A stretch of DNA of 30,196 nt from a virus (Duplodnaviria; Caudoviricetes): positions 1 through 30,196 of IMG/VR virus record IMGVR_UViG_3300027791_000088; one strand, 5' to 3'. How positions within the stretch are numbered: position 1 is the stretch's first letter; each line of letters starts with the position of its first letter. The translations under genes were made by a program, and so were the position numbers. This document shows positions 17,004-26,624 of the stretch, piece by piece. The notes below the pieces were generated by a model. That model did not search any database. It was given only the letters and a program-made list of their open reading frames with translations, and was not told where the DNA came from.

Positions 17004-18090
17004 TATATCAGAAGTTTATGCTAAAGACCTTGGCGTTAAAATAGGAAAGGCGAAAATTACGGAACATTTCCATCCCATACCAGAAGGAAAATATATAACA
17101 TTCTTCAAGCAAGATATTATTCAAGCCAATCAATACGACTATTGGGAAACTGTTATATCTCTGCTGAACCCAATTTTTAAAAAGCATAAAATAATTGGGA
17201 TCGAATTGTATGATAATAAAATTCAAAGCGCTAAGCAAAATAATTTTTTAATCAAAAACTCGGAGTTATATCTAGGAATTGCAAATCATTTTATGATGAC
17301 TGCAGATATTTATAATAAACCATCTGTTTGTCTTTTATCGAACGTATATCCTAGCAATATAAATTCTGAATATTCTAAAGTTATTACCCCAGATTTTTCC
17401 TCAATCAAGCCGTCGTTTTCCTCGCAAGAGGCTAAAAAGAGAATTAATGAAATATTGCCAGAATATATTGCCCAATCTGTTTTAGATAAATTAAATATAA
17501 AAGAAAAAATAAAATTTAAAACGATAAGAATTGGCTCTTCTTACAACCAAGATCTCGTCGAAATTGTTCCTAACTTTTTTTCTGATCATGCAGATTTAGT
17601 AAATAAAAATATAAACATCAAATCAAACATTCATTTCAACAAAGAGAATATTATAAATTGGTGCAGACATTCAAATGTAAACCTTTTTTTAGATCAGGTT
17701 ATAGATGATGGAATGATTGACGCTTGTACAAACTTAAAGCAGGTAGTGTTTAATTATGACGCCAAACATAAAGACTTAGATCTCTCAAATTTTATTAAAA
17801 AATTAAAAAATAACAGAATCAATCTTGTTATTCACGTTCAAGATGAAAAAATATTTTCCGATACCAGTCTTAAATATTTTGATAACAATGTTATTAGAAA
17901 AAACAATATAGAACCAGAAAATGTTTCAAATGTGGAATGTAAATTCCTTTCTAAAAAGAAATTTGTTTCAGGGGGAAATGTATTTAATTCAGAATTTTCT
18001 TCTAAAACGCTTGACAATTCTAACAAATTCATCTACAATGAAGACTCAAAATTAGAAATAGAAAGTTTATACCTATATGTCGAAGAATAA
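16996..18090 (+). CDS. protein with a degenerate GT9-like C-domain plus an unknown C-terminal region
   Basis: KYITF...YDYWETVISLL...FLIKNSELYLGI....TADIYNKPSVCLLS resembles the heptosyltransferase C-domain. Confidence 0.55.
   Translation: MSSISEVYAKDLGVKIGKAKITEHFHPIPEGKYITFFKQDIIQANQYDYWETVISLLNPIFKKHKIIGIELYDNKIQSAKQNNFLIKNSELYLGIANHFMMTADIYNKPSVCLLSNVYPSNINSEYSKVITPDFSSIKPSFSSQEAKKRINEILPEYIAQSVLDKLNIKEKIKFKTIRIGSSYNQDLVEIVPNFFSDHADLVNKNINIKSNIHFNKENIINWCRHSNVNLFLDQVIDDGMIDACTNLKQVVFNYDAKHKDLDLSNFIKKLKNNRINLVIHVQDEKIFSDTSLKYFDNNVIRKNNIEPENVSNVECKFLSKKKFVSGGNVFNSEFSSKTLDNSNKFIYNEDSKLEIESLYLYVEE
18011..18039 (+). promoter_or_regulatory. sigma70-like promoter TTGACA-17nt-TACAAT
   Basis: Near-consensus, within the upstream gene's 3' end, ahead of ATG 18077. 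Confidence 0.6.
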
Positions 18091-18817
18091 ATTATATGGC
18101 CCAGATTTGTGGAAACGCAACGAACACGGACTTTTAGAGTCCGTTGATTATGAATTTAACAAAGATGGCTCAGTCAACTGGCGAGCTATGATTAGCCCAG
18201 AGCACTTGTATCCAAACAAGGATCATTTTGAAATGCGCAAGATGCCAGTTCCAGATTCCATTGAAGGGCTAGAAGACCACCAACTTTTGATTAAGCTCGG
18301 CGGCATTAAGGAGTTGGCGAAGCTTCGTGGATTTCATAATATCACTTATGATATCACAGAGTCTTCAGACAGCCGTGTTGTAGTTCAATGCATGATCGGC
18401 TGGATTAGTAACTACGAAAGCAATGGCGCTCAGTCTTTTGCGTCTATGGCAAATGCTACAACCCACAACACAAACGGATTTGCCGCTAAGTTTCTAGAAT
18501 GCATTGCAGAAAATCGTGCTTTTGTTCGTGCTGTACGCAATTTTTTAGGCATTCACATTGTTGGGGCTGACGAGATTGACTCTTCAAAGAACAAGTCTCC
18601 TATCGTATCCCCTCCTTCATCTGCTGGAGCGAAGGATATTAGCCCACAGGGTATTCTAAAGGAAAAAGCGGGGGTGAGCTTCGATTCTTTCAAGAACAAG
18701 CTTAGAGAGCTCTACAAGGAGCAACTTTATACGAATGATCCAGAAGTTATTAAAGAGTGGTCAAACTATAAAGACATTCCCGCTAAAGAGTGTCGCAAGC
18801 TATTAAAGCTCTTATGA
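18077..18817 (+). CDS. putative single-strand annealing protein (Rad52/Sak/RecT-like fold)
   Basis: LIKLGGIKELA, three beta-strand-like segments, then IAENRAFVRAVRNFLGI..VGADEI (A..RA..RA.R..LGI....E), a Pro/Ser linker and a small C-terminal domain. Confidence 0.55.
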   Translation: MSKNKLYGPDLWKRNEHGLLESVDYEFNKDGSVNWRAMISPEHLYPNKDHFEMRKMPVPDSIEGLEDHQLLIKLGGIKELAKLRGFHNITYDITESSDSRVVVQCMIGWISNYESNGAQSFASMANATTHNTNGFAAKFLECIAENRAFVRAVRNFLGIHIVGADEIDSSKNKSPIVSPPSSAGAKDISPQGILKEKAGVSFDSFKNKLRELYKEQLYTNDPEVIKEWSNYKDIPAKECRKLLKLL

Positions 18818-19260
18818 TTTTTGAAATAAAAACAGATTCTGAGTTGTTGGAATTGAGAGATGTTCTAGTAAATTTTTATAAAATATTACCATATGAAAAA
18901 GATTTGGAAGATGCTAAAAAAAAATGGCTCCTAATTTGGAAAGAATTAATCAAATCTAAAAAAGGTAAAATTTTTGCTTTAGAAAAAGAAAGAAAAATTA
19001 TAGGAGCTTTAGGTTTTTTGATAACTCCAGCCCTAGAAGATGGTGTTCTTACCGCTACAGAAGCTTTTTGGTATGTAGACGAAAAGCACAGGGGTTCTGG
19101 GTTAAGGCTTCTTAATAAATACGAGTCTTACGCAAAATCTAAAGGATGCAAAAGAATAGGTATGGTTCATTTAGAGAACTCAATGCCTGATAAGTTAAAG
19201 AAATTATATGTTCGAAAAAAATACAAACACGTTGAAAGTATGTATTTAAAAGAATTATAA
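18814..19260 (+). CDS. GNAT-family acetyltransferase
   Basis: FWYVDEKHRGSGLRLL acetyl-CoA motif, AKSKGC and KLYVRKKY. ATGA overlap supports start at 18814. Confidence 0.85.
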   Translation: MIFEIKTDSELLELRDVLVNFYKILPYEKDLEDAKKKWLLIWKELIKSKKGKIFALEKERKIIGALGFLITPALEDGVLTATEAFWYVDEKHRGSGLRLLNKYESYAKSKGCKRIGMVHLENSMPDKLKKLYVRKKYKHVESMYLKEL

Positions 19261-20157
19261 TTAGCTTATTAGATAATTCGTTCTGACTGTACCAGCCCCA
19301 TTTGTCTGAGATTCAATGGTGAATTCTTGATCTAAACTATTCGCTGCAATTGTTATAGAACCATCATCAGCTATTGGGAGATCAACAGGCTCAGCGGTTG
19401 TGAAAACGGCCCCGCCACTTGGAATAAGTTTTACTTCAGAATCTGTTCTTATTATAAAATCTGCATAAAAATCTAACGGTACTGTATTGTCAACTACTAT
19501 ATCAACACCAACAAAGACCTCTGTTACGAGATCCGATTGACCTACCACCAAGTCGTTTGCAGTTGATCTTGATATTAAAAATGGATTGGGATCAGAACTG
19601 GAAATTGTTGGGGACGAACTTAAACCATTAGACATCGACCCACCTACAGAAGCGCTCGCTTCTCCAAAGGTTAAGTAATCAGTGGGTATTACTTTGTAAA
19701 ATATAGTTTCATTGACACGCCCAGTTATATCATCGCTAGTAACGTTAATCTGGAAAGACTCTTCTCCCGCAGTTAACTGAAGAGGAAATGAAGTTACTCT
19801 ATTGCTATGATCTATTATATCCGTAGAAAAATTTTTATCAAATCCAGAGTAGACATCTGCTCGTTTTATATTTTTAATAGCAAGGCCGTCGTCGATTGTA
19901 TTTAAATCTCCAGAAAAGTAAGCCTTTAAATTTATATTTTTTTCTAGAATTATTACGTCCGTCATAGAGTCAGCAGGTTCAGTCAAAAGATTCGCTCCTT
20001 CAAATTCTAGCCCAGTTATGGCAAATTTAGGGAACTCTACTTTAAAACTTCCAGAACCACTAGGAAATTGCGTATCCTCGCTGCCTCTAACAAAGCACTC
20101 TACTCTATATCCATCCCCTGCTGGATGTCCGCCTATAACTACTTCATTAAATATCAT
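19261..20157 (-). CDS. hypothetical virion/tail-associated protein
   Basis: Acidic, beta-strand-like protein; ATGA-coupled to the end of J. Confidence 0.65.
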   Translation of the reverse strand: MIFNEVVIGGHPAGDGYRVECFVRGSEDTQFPSGSGSFKVEFPKFAITGLEFEGANLLTEPADSMTDVIILEKNINLKAYFSGDLNTIDDGLAIKNIKRADVYSGFDKNFSTDIIDHSNRVTSFPLQLTAGEESFQINVTSDDITGRVNETIFYKVIPTDYLTFGEASASVGGSMSNGLSSSPTISSSDPNPFLISRSTANDLVVGQSDLVTEVFVGVDIVVDNTVPLDFYADFIIRTDSEVKLIPSGGAVFTTAEPVDLPIADDGSITIAANSLDQEFTIESQTNGAGTVRTNYLIS

Positions 20158-23100
20158 AATATTCCTGTTACTCCTATTTGTAAGAACTGAAAATTAGAAG
20201 TTAGATTTCTGTTTATTATTGCTTCAGACCTTTCTACATCTCCAGTTAAAGTCACGGTGCACGGGACCCGCTGCCCTCCAACGAAGGAAATATCTACAAT
20301 ACCCGTGCTATCTACATCTAATATAAATTTTGTTTTGATTTCGTTATCAAATTCACTTTGAAAATTATCTGGACTCGTGTAATTCAAGTCGGATGCATCT
20401 GCACCAGTTGTTAATCCAATATAATTTATTATATGGCCACTCGTTAAAGCCTCTCCAGTTAATTCTGAATTGCCCAGCACCTTAAAGCCTGTGTTTGAAT
20501 CAAAAGTCTGAAGAAGAAAATCGCTAAATGTAGGGGGGTTGCTTCCAGCATGGGGTCCAGACAGAAGTGATGTAAATAGGGCAATTGGGTTGGTGCTATC
20601 TGTTATTGTATTATTTAATATTGTTTCTCCTCCAGTCCAAGCAGCTACATCCCATGGGTAATTTTCATTTTCGCCCCCTGACCAAGCAATTCTATTATGA
20701 CTAACAAATGAATCAAAATCGGGGTCAGTACTGTCTGTCACTATTCCGTTCGATATTGAAGCTCCGCCACTCCACAAAGCCACATCCCATGGGTAAATTA
20801 CATTTGATCCTCCAGACCATGCGATGTTACCAGCGGAAAGAATTTGATCAAAAGACGGAGCGCTGCTATTTGTCACTGTTTGGGGCTTTGCGCTCCAAGA
20901 TGACACATTAAATGGATATTGACGACCTTGATCGACAGAGATCCAAGCAATTCTGTCATGGGAAAGTTTCGATGAGAACACTGGGGAAGAACTATTTTCT
21001 ACGTGATCGGGCCCTTCTGACCAAGCATTAGCAGCAATATTTCCTGGAAAGTTTACATTTGCTCCGCCTGACCAAGCAATTCTATTATAAGATGGACTAG
21101 CTGGATCATCATCTGTTAAGATCCAAGTGTTGCTTGCTCCACTAGTTCTAATTCTTAGTCCAGAGGTTGTCGTATTTACAAATAAATCTGCACCCCCAGT
21201 ATATGTTCCATTGAAGGCGTTTGGATTGTCCGTCATCCCAGTTCCTACCGCACTTAGGAAAAATCCAGTATAATAAGTATTAGTTAAATCTTCATCAATA
21301 AGAATCCAACTCCCTCCAGATTTTTTAACTTTTAATCCAGGCTTTTGTGTATTCACAAACAAATCATTGCTCCCAGTATATGATCCATCGAAGCTATTTG
21401 GATTATTTATCATACCAGTGCCAACTGAAGATATCCTGAATCCAGTGGTAGCCGCTTGATCAGTTTTAAATATCCAAGTATCATCGGCTCCACTCTTTTC
21501 GATTTTTAATGTAGGTGTCGATTCATTCTCATATGAATCATTACTAATTCTAATATATGTTCCGTCGAAGCTATCTGAATTACCTACTATCCCAGTTCCA
21601 ATTCCATCTACATCAAATCCAGTAATATAGATATTAGCTGGGTCATCATCACAAAACACCCAAGTATTATTAGCCCCAGTTTGTTTGAGCCTCAATCCAG
21701 ATGTTGCTGTATTTTGATATAAATCAGCGCTCCCAGTGTATTCTGCATCGAAGCTATTTGGATTAAAGCTCATGCCACTTCCAATTCCTGGGTTCATAGT
21801 CAATCCAGTAAAAAAAGCTCCTCCAGACCATTCAGTTTCTGTAGCATCATATGGCGTGACAATACTAGGATGAGCTAGGTCTTCTCCTCCCGACCAAGCT
21901 ATCGGGAGATTGGTATAATCAATAGCTGGATCTTCATCAACAAGAATCCAAGTATCATTAGCTCCACTTGTCCTTACCCTTAAACCACTTGATACGGTAT
22001 TTTGATATAAATCCCCATCTCCAGTATATGTTCCATCAAAGTCTCTTGTATTTTGTGGCATCCCACTTCCAACCCCTTGTATCGTGAATCCAGTAGAATG
22101 TTGGATTATGTCCTGATTAATTGTAGTTTTTGATCCATCGAGAGCCTCTCCGTCCAAAAGCCCTTTTGAAAAACCCGTTCGAGTCACTTCAACTTGTAAA
22201 TGATGCAAGTTGCCATCATTCAATGAAGCCCCCGCATCGCCTGTAATAGCCACATGATCTACTCCATTTAAATTAATATAATTTTTACCATCTCCAGATT
22301 GAAACCACCCTATTCCAGTACCATCATTATGAGACTCCAGTAAATATTGTTTTCCGTCAAGACTTGCATCGAATTTTACCCAAGCTGCCATTGTAAAATC
22401 AGAAGTCTCTACATTTAAATCACTTCCACTTATATAAATATGATTATTTGCGCCATCAGTTTCGTTTGATCTTATACCTCTATCGAGGCCGCTTGTTAAC
22501 ATTTGTTGAAAAAGTGTATTTTTATCACCAGTTTCATTTACTACAAAATAGCTATCTTCTAGATTACTGTTTTCTCCAGATCTTTGACATAAAACTGCAT
22601 ACTGGTCATGTGTAAAAATATTATTTGTTGTCGAAGTGTCTGAACTATTGAATTGATTTAAAATTGAGTCCGACTTAAAAGAGAAATTTTGATTTCCAGT
22701 AGATGCATAATTTAGCACTTGTACTGGTAAATCGCTTGTTAGAGTATTGTTAAACGCTGATTCGTCTACGGCCAAATATGCATATTTACCAGTTGATCCT
22801 GCTGCAATATTATTTTCCTGAAAAGATGCGAAGTAAAATCCAGTATTAGATAATCCAGTTATACAAGTTTGAGAAGTATCATAAGGCGATGCTTGAATAT
22901 GCGGTTGTTGCAATTGTATAACAAGACTAGGCACTGAAGTAAATGGCTTAGAAAACTCAACAGCTTGATAGCCTGTATTATTATTTTTACTTACAAAATC
23001 AACTTCTATATTTTTCCCATCAATATTGTATCTTCCAGTTTGAGAAGCTACATATGCATAATCGCCGCTAGTAACACCCTCGTCATACCTAAGTGTTTTG

Positions 23101-26100
23101 TGTCTAAGTGCAAAACTAGTAGCAGTTGTAGAAGCCCTTCCTTCTTTACGATAAACATCCTTAAACGACTTACTGCATTTTTGTTGAACAAATACAGCAG
23201 GCACCTCTGAAAATGTTGCCGAAAAGGTCTTACTAAGCGTAGATGTGTATTCCTCTGCCGAACGTTGAAAACTACCTACTTCAAAATTTACACTTGCAGG
23301 TATTCTATATCTACCATCTCCAGTGTACCCAAACATCTCATCAATTTCTGAATTCAGTATCTCAAAAGAATTTTCGTTCGTTAGTGTTTTATATTCGATG
23401 GCAGATTGGTTGTTGTTACCAATGCCTGATTTTAAATTACCTTGAAGGTCGTAAATATTTATAATTTGGTCGATTACGTCAGATTGAACGCTACCTCCAA
23501 CTCTTCCAAATATATCTTCAAATTCTAAATTTATGATTGTATTTAAGGCTGGATTATTTTCGAAAAAAGAATTTTGACCGACTCCAGTTTCGTCCGCATT
23601 GTCAAATGTAGAATCAAAATCTGTTTCTATAAAAATATTTGAATACTCAGTGAAAGCCTCCTGATTATTTTGAAATCCAAAAGTGCTTAGCGTAGTTGTA
23701 ACTTGAGCAAGCGTTGAGGTGTTTGATCTTGCTACGGTTGGCGTTGTATTTTCTGAGAATACACTTACATTATAAGTTCCTATTTGATCTATTTTAGAGT
23801 CTCCGCTCAATGTAACAACTGTGGTGAGATCGTTACTCTTGAAAATAGTAGTAATAATAGTATTTGAGTTAGGTTCTTCTAAAATAATTATATATTTTTC
23901 TGGTGCCTTTGTGCTAACTAATGGATCGGTTATTGTTAGGTTTAAATTTTTAGTTCTACCTTCACCCGCAGTTAATGAATTTATTGTAACATTTGATGGC
24001 GGATCAGGTCTAACAACATCTGTTATAGCAAGATTAGGCTGAAATACATCTTGTCCTATATCAAAAGATATATTTTCTTCTACAAGTTTAAACTTACCCG
24101 TATGATGTATTGTGGCCGATACATTAAATCCTAGATTTTTATCTTCTGATATATTTAATACTCTATAATACTTTGGATCTCTTCCGCTTGCATCAATGTT
24201 ATAGATTGACCCATGTTTTATATTTGCATCTTTTTCCGAGAACCATTGGCTACTTGAGCCATTACTATCTGCTCCAGTTATGAATATAGCGACACCACTA
24301 TCTATAATTTCATAACTTGAATTTAAACCACCTATAGAAGGAGTTATTTTTAAAGACATTATTTGCGGATTATGTATTTCTTTATACAACTCATTGTTTG
24401 ATCCTGGGGCATTATAAAAATCCTTAATTCCAGATTTTCCTACTGGGTTATATATATGTATGTTTCCTCCAGTTACATAATCGGTTAAATCACTGCCTAT
24501 TGCTGGCTCGACTATTATGGCCGATGGCCCCACGCCTAAATTAGACGTAGATGAATCTGGATCCGTGTAATTAGTTTGCCCGCTTACTCCCAAAACTGTC
24601 CCGTAGTTTCGAGTAAAATTTTTCATCTCATCTTCAACCCTTATTATGTCTCCTGGCTGTACCAAAAGACTCTCTAATCCAGCATTGAAAGATATTGTTT
24701 CTGTGGTGTATTGAGATTCAAACAAAACGTATTTTGCTAGTCTATGGGCTTGAGCTTTTGAGGTGCATCCAATCCCTTCTATTTGTTTGAAATTTAACCC
24801 CGCATACTTTATAGCTTCAGGGTCTTCAACATATTCCGTCTGTGATGTAAAATTATTTCTTTTATCCAAAAAAGAAACTTCCACGGCAGATAGCTTTGTC
24901 GATCTATCTACATCCGCATACGAAAACATTCCATCTTTAACATTTAAATTATTAAAAATCAAATGAGGGGGAAATTTATTTCTGGCAGACGCTCCGTTAG
25001 AAGGGTCATTAACATCTTCAAAAAAGTATGGCCTATCGACTTTAACAGAAACGCAAGAATTATCAAAATACGTCATTGCTCTAAACGACCTTGCTAGATT
25101 TTGTATGGCGTCAAAAGCATTAGTCTGATCTTTCATTAATATATTGCAACTAAATCTAGGCTCAAGACCGCCAAATCCATCATCTAATCCAATAAATCTG
25201 CCAGCACCTACACTATTGGTAGTACTGCTTCCATCGTGCATTGTTACTGCATCGCAATACATACCTATTTCATATAGGGTCCATTTATCTATAATATCTA
25301 TATCTCGTAAATAAGTCCCTAAACCGTATCTCTTATTAGTTAAAAGGTCATAATATATCCAAGCTGGATTATCGGACCAAGCATATTTAAAAGTTCCATC
25401 CCATTGGCCATTATTAGCATAGATCACGTTGTGCCTTGTAGTACCGTCTGAAGAAAATCTTTTATCTGTTCCGTCAGCATTTGTTGGATTATAATTAGAG
25501 GGTATTTTTATTTTTTTGCCTTTAAGTCTAAATGTTCTTGCTGGAACTTGTGGGTGGTATTGAGAATCTATGATACTCGCTATATAACAACTTCCAGGAT
25601 AGTGATAGGTGTCGTTATATTTTTCTGTTATCGTGCCTACGCCCGCGTTGCGGCCAACTAAATTAGACATTGTTTCAAATTGGTCCTTATGCACCTCTAT
25701 AAAATTATATAAATCGGTATCAGACAATACAGGTAAAACAATATTCTCTAAGGTGAATGTGTATGGGGCCGTAATAACGCCGCGTACCGCTACCTTCCCA
25801 TTCGAATCTCCAACTGATTTCCCTTTTCCTGGCCTGACTGTAAAGCTAGGGGTAGACTCTTGTCTATTACCGTCTTTAGTGTATTTCCCGACTTTAACTG
25901 TAAAAGATACCGTAAGTGGCAAAGGTTGTCCCATTTTACTTTTACCAGCTTCATTTTCGCTTTTAGTAGAATATGATTTCGTGTCTTTTAGCGAGTCTAT
26001 TTGCAGGCCTAAATCCACCAAATCTATATCTTTATCATAATTTGTATATATATATTCTTTGGCGGCCGATTCTATCGGCACATAATTTTGCCAAGTGACA

Positions 26101-26624
26101 AAGTCTCTATTGCCTCCGCCCTCGTCTCTTACATCCCTACTCCCACTTCCTGTCTTTGCGCCATTTGCCGCCCCACCCATGCTATACGGCCCTTTAATTT
26201 TATAAGATATTTTTGTTAACTTACTCGGTTTTTTTGAAATACTACATGCGGTCTGTAAAATACTTCCTGATTTAAATTCAATATTATATTTAGAATGGCT
26301 TGAGTTGTTTTGAGGGTCTCTTAGCGCCGTATCATTAAAATAAATTCCTTGATCAATAGGTAAAGCACCTGCAGATGCCGAGTTCCCAACGGTAAGATGC
26401 TCATTATTAAATTCTTTCAAAGCTCGTGTGCCAATTAAAGTTTTGCCCTCTTGACTAACCAAACCTTCGACCTCGCCTTCACATATTAAATCTACTGCTT
26501 CATACAGCTGATGACCTTGCTTGACATTAGCCCCATCTGGTGGCATCAAGTAAGAGGGTTGGGCTCCTTTACTCCTACCAGCTATAACTATCTTTTTCTT
26601 GAATATATTTTTGTAAAAACCCAT
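20154..26624 (-). CDS. tail tip / host-specificity protein J-like, with FN3-like, H-type-lectin-like, LamG-like and repeat domains
   Basis: DLICEGEVEGL, KIPSNY, WDGTFK.AWSDNPAW..YDLLTNKRYGLG, IDKWTLYEIG.YCD, EPRFSCN, GCTSKAQAHR and PGDIIRV. Confidence 0.93.
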   Translation of the reverse strand: MGFYKNIFKKKIVIAGRSKGAQPSYLMPPDGANVKQGHQLYEAVDLICEGEVEGLVSQEGKTLIGTRALKEFNNEHLTVGNSASAGALPIDQGIYFNDTALRDPQNNSSHSKYNIEFKSGSILQTACSISKKPSKLTKISYKIKGPYSMGGAANGAKTGSGSRDVRDEGGGNRDFVTWQNYVPIESAAKEYIYTNYDKDIDLVDLGLQIDSLKDTKSYSTKSENEAGKSKMGQPLPLTVSFTVKVGKYTKDGNRQESTPSFTVRPGKGKSVGDSNGKVAVRGVITAPYTFTLENIVLPVLSDTDLYNFIEVHKDQFETMSNLVGRNAGVGTITEKYNDTYHYPGSCYIASIIDSQYHPQVPARTFRLKGKKIKIPSNYNPTNADGTDKRFSSDGTTRHNVIYANNGQWDGTFKYAWSDNPAWIYYDLLTNKRYGLGTYLRDIDIIDKWTLYEIGMYCDAVTMHDGSSTTNSVGAGRFIGLDDGFGGLEPRFSCNILMKDQTNAFDAIQNLARSFRAMTYFDNSCVSVKVDRPYFFEDVNDPSNGASARNKFPPHLIFNNLNVKDGMFSYADVDRSTKLSAVEVSFLDKRNNFTSQTEYVEDPEAIKYAGLNFKQIEGIGCTSKAQAHRLAKYVLFESQYTTETISFNAGLESLLVQPGDIIRVEDEMKNFTRNYGTVLGVSGQTNYTDPDSSTSNLGVGPSAIIVEPAIGSDLTDYVTGGNIHIYNPVGKSGIKDFYNAPGSNNELYKEIHNPQIMSLKITPSIGGLNSSYEIIDSGVAIFITGADSNGSSSQWFSEKDANIKHGSIYNIDASGRDPKYYRVLNISEDKNLGFNVSATIHHTGKFKLVEENISFDIGQDVFQPNLAITDVVRPDPPSNVTINSLTAGEGRTKNLNLTITDPLVSTKAPEKYIIILEEPNSNTIITTIFKSNDLTTVVTLSGDSKIDQIGTYNVSVFSENTTPTVARSNTSTLAQVTTTLSTFGFQNNQEAFTEYSNIFIETDFDSTFDNADETGVGQNSFFENNPALNTIINLEFEDIFGRVGGSVQSDVIDQIINIYDLQGNLKSGIGNNNQSAIEYKTLTNENSFEILNSEIDEMFGYTGDGRYRIPASVNFEVGSFQRSAEEYTSTLSKTFSATFSEVPAVFVQQKCSKSFKDVYRKEGRASTTATSFALRHKTLRYDEGVTSGDYAYVASQTGRYNIDGKNIEVDFVSKNNNTGYQAVEFSKPFTSVPSLVIQLQQPHIQASPYDTSQTCITGLSNTGFYFASFQENNIAAGSTGKYAYLAVDESAFNNTLTSDLPVQVLNYASTGNQNFSFKSDSILNQFNSSDTSTTNNIFTHDQYAVLCQRSGENSNLEDSYFVVNETGDKNTLFQQMLTSGLDRGIRSNETDGANNHIYISGSDLNVETSDFTMAAWVKFDASLDGKQYLLESHNDGTGIGWFQSGDGKNYINLNGVDHVAITGDAGASLNDGNLHHLQVEVTRTGFSKGLLDGEALDGSKTTINQDIIQHSTGFTIQGVGSGMPQNTRDFDGTYTGDGDLYQNTVSSGLRVRTSGANDTWILVDEDPAIDYTNLPIAWSGGEDLAHPSIVTPYDATETEWSGGAFFTGLTMNPGIGSGMSFNPNSFDAEYTGSADLYQNTATSGLRLKQTGANNTWVFCDDDPANIYITGFDVDGIGTGIVGNSDSFDGTYIRISNDSYENESTPTLKIEKSGADDTWIFKTDQAATTGFRISSVGTGMINNPNSFDGSYTGSNDLFVNTQKPGLKVKKSGGSWILIDEDLTNTYYTGFFLSAVGTGMTDNPNAFNGTYTGGADLFVNTTTSGLRIRTSGASNTWILTDDDPASPSYNRIAWSGGANVNFPGNIAANAWSEGPDHVENSSSPVFSSKLSHDRIAWISVDQGRQYPFNVSSWSAKPQTVTNSSAPSFDQILSAGNIAWSGGSNVIYPWDVALWSGGASISNGIVTDSTDPDFDSFVSHNRIAWSGGENENYPWDVAAWTGGETILNNTITDSTNPIALFTSLLSGPHAGSNPPTFSDFLLQTFDSNTGFKVLGNSELTGEALTSGHIINYIGLTTGADASDLNYTSPDNFQSEFDNEIKTKFILDVDSTGIVDISFVGGQRVPCTVTLTGDVERSEAIINRNLTSNFQFLQIGVTGIL
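20510..22097 (-). repeat. five-copy protein-level repeat in J arranged A1 B1 A2 A3 A4 A5 BC BC BC BC C
   Basis: A = TG(F/L)...G.G...N...F.G.Y.....W....D (x5); B = IAW.....P....W (x5); C = S..P.F (x5). A 22 nt exact repeat cctgaccaagcaattctattat lies at 20677-20698 and 21067-21088. Confidence 0.9.

Noticed and set aside
20510-22097. J repeats as a DGR template/variable pair, shufflon or CRISPR array
   Set aside because: There is no reverse transcriptase or invertase in the window, I saw no adenine-specific mismatch pattern, and the repeats are diverged in-frame coding units without a repeat-spacer structure.
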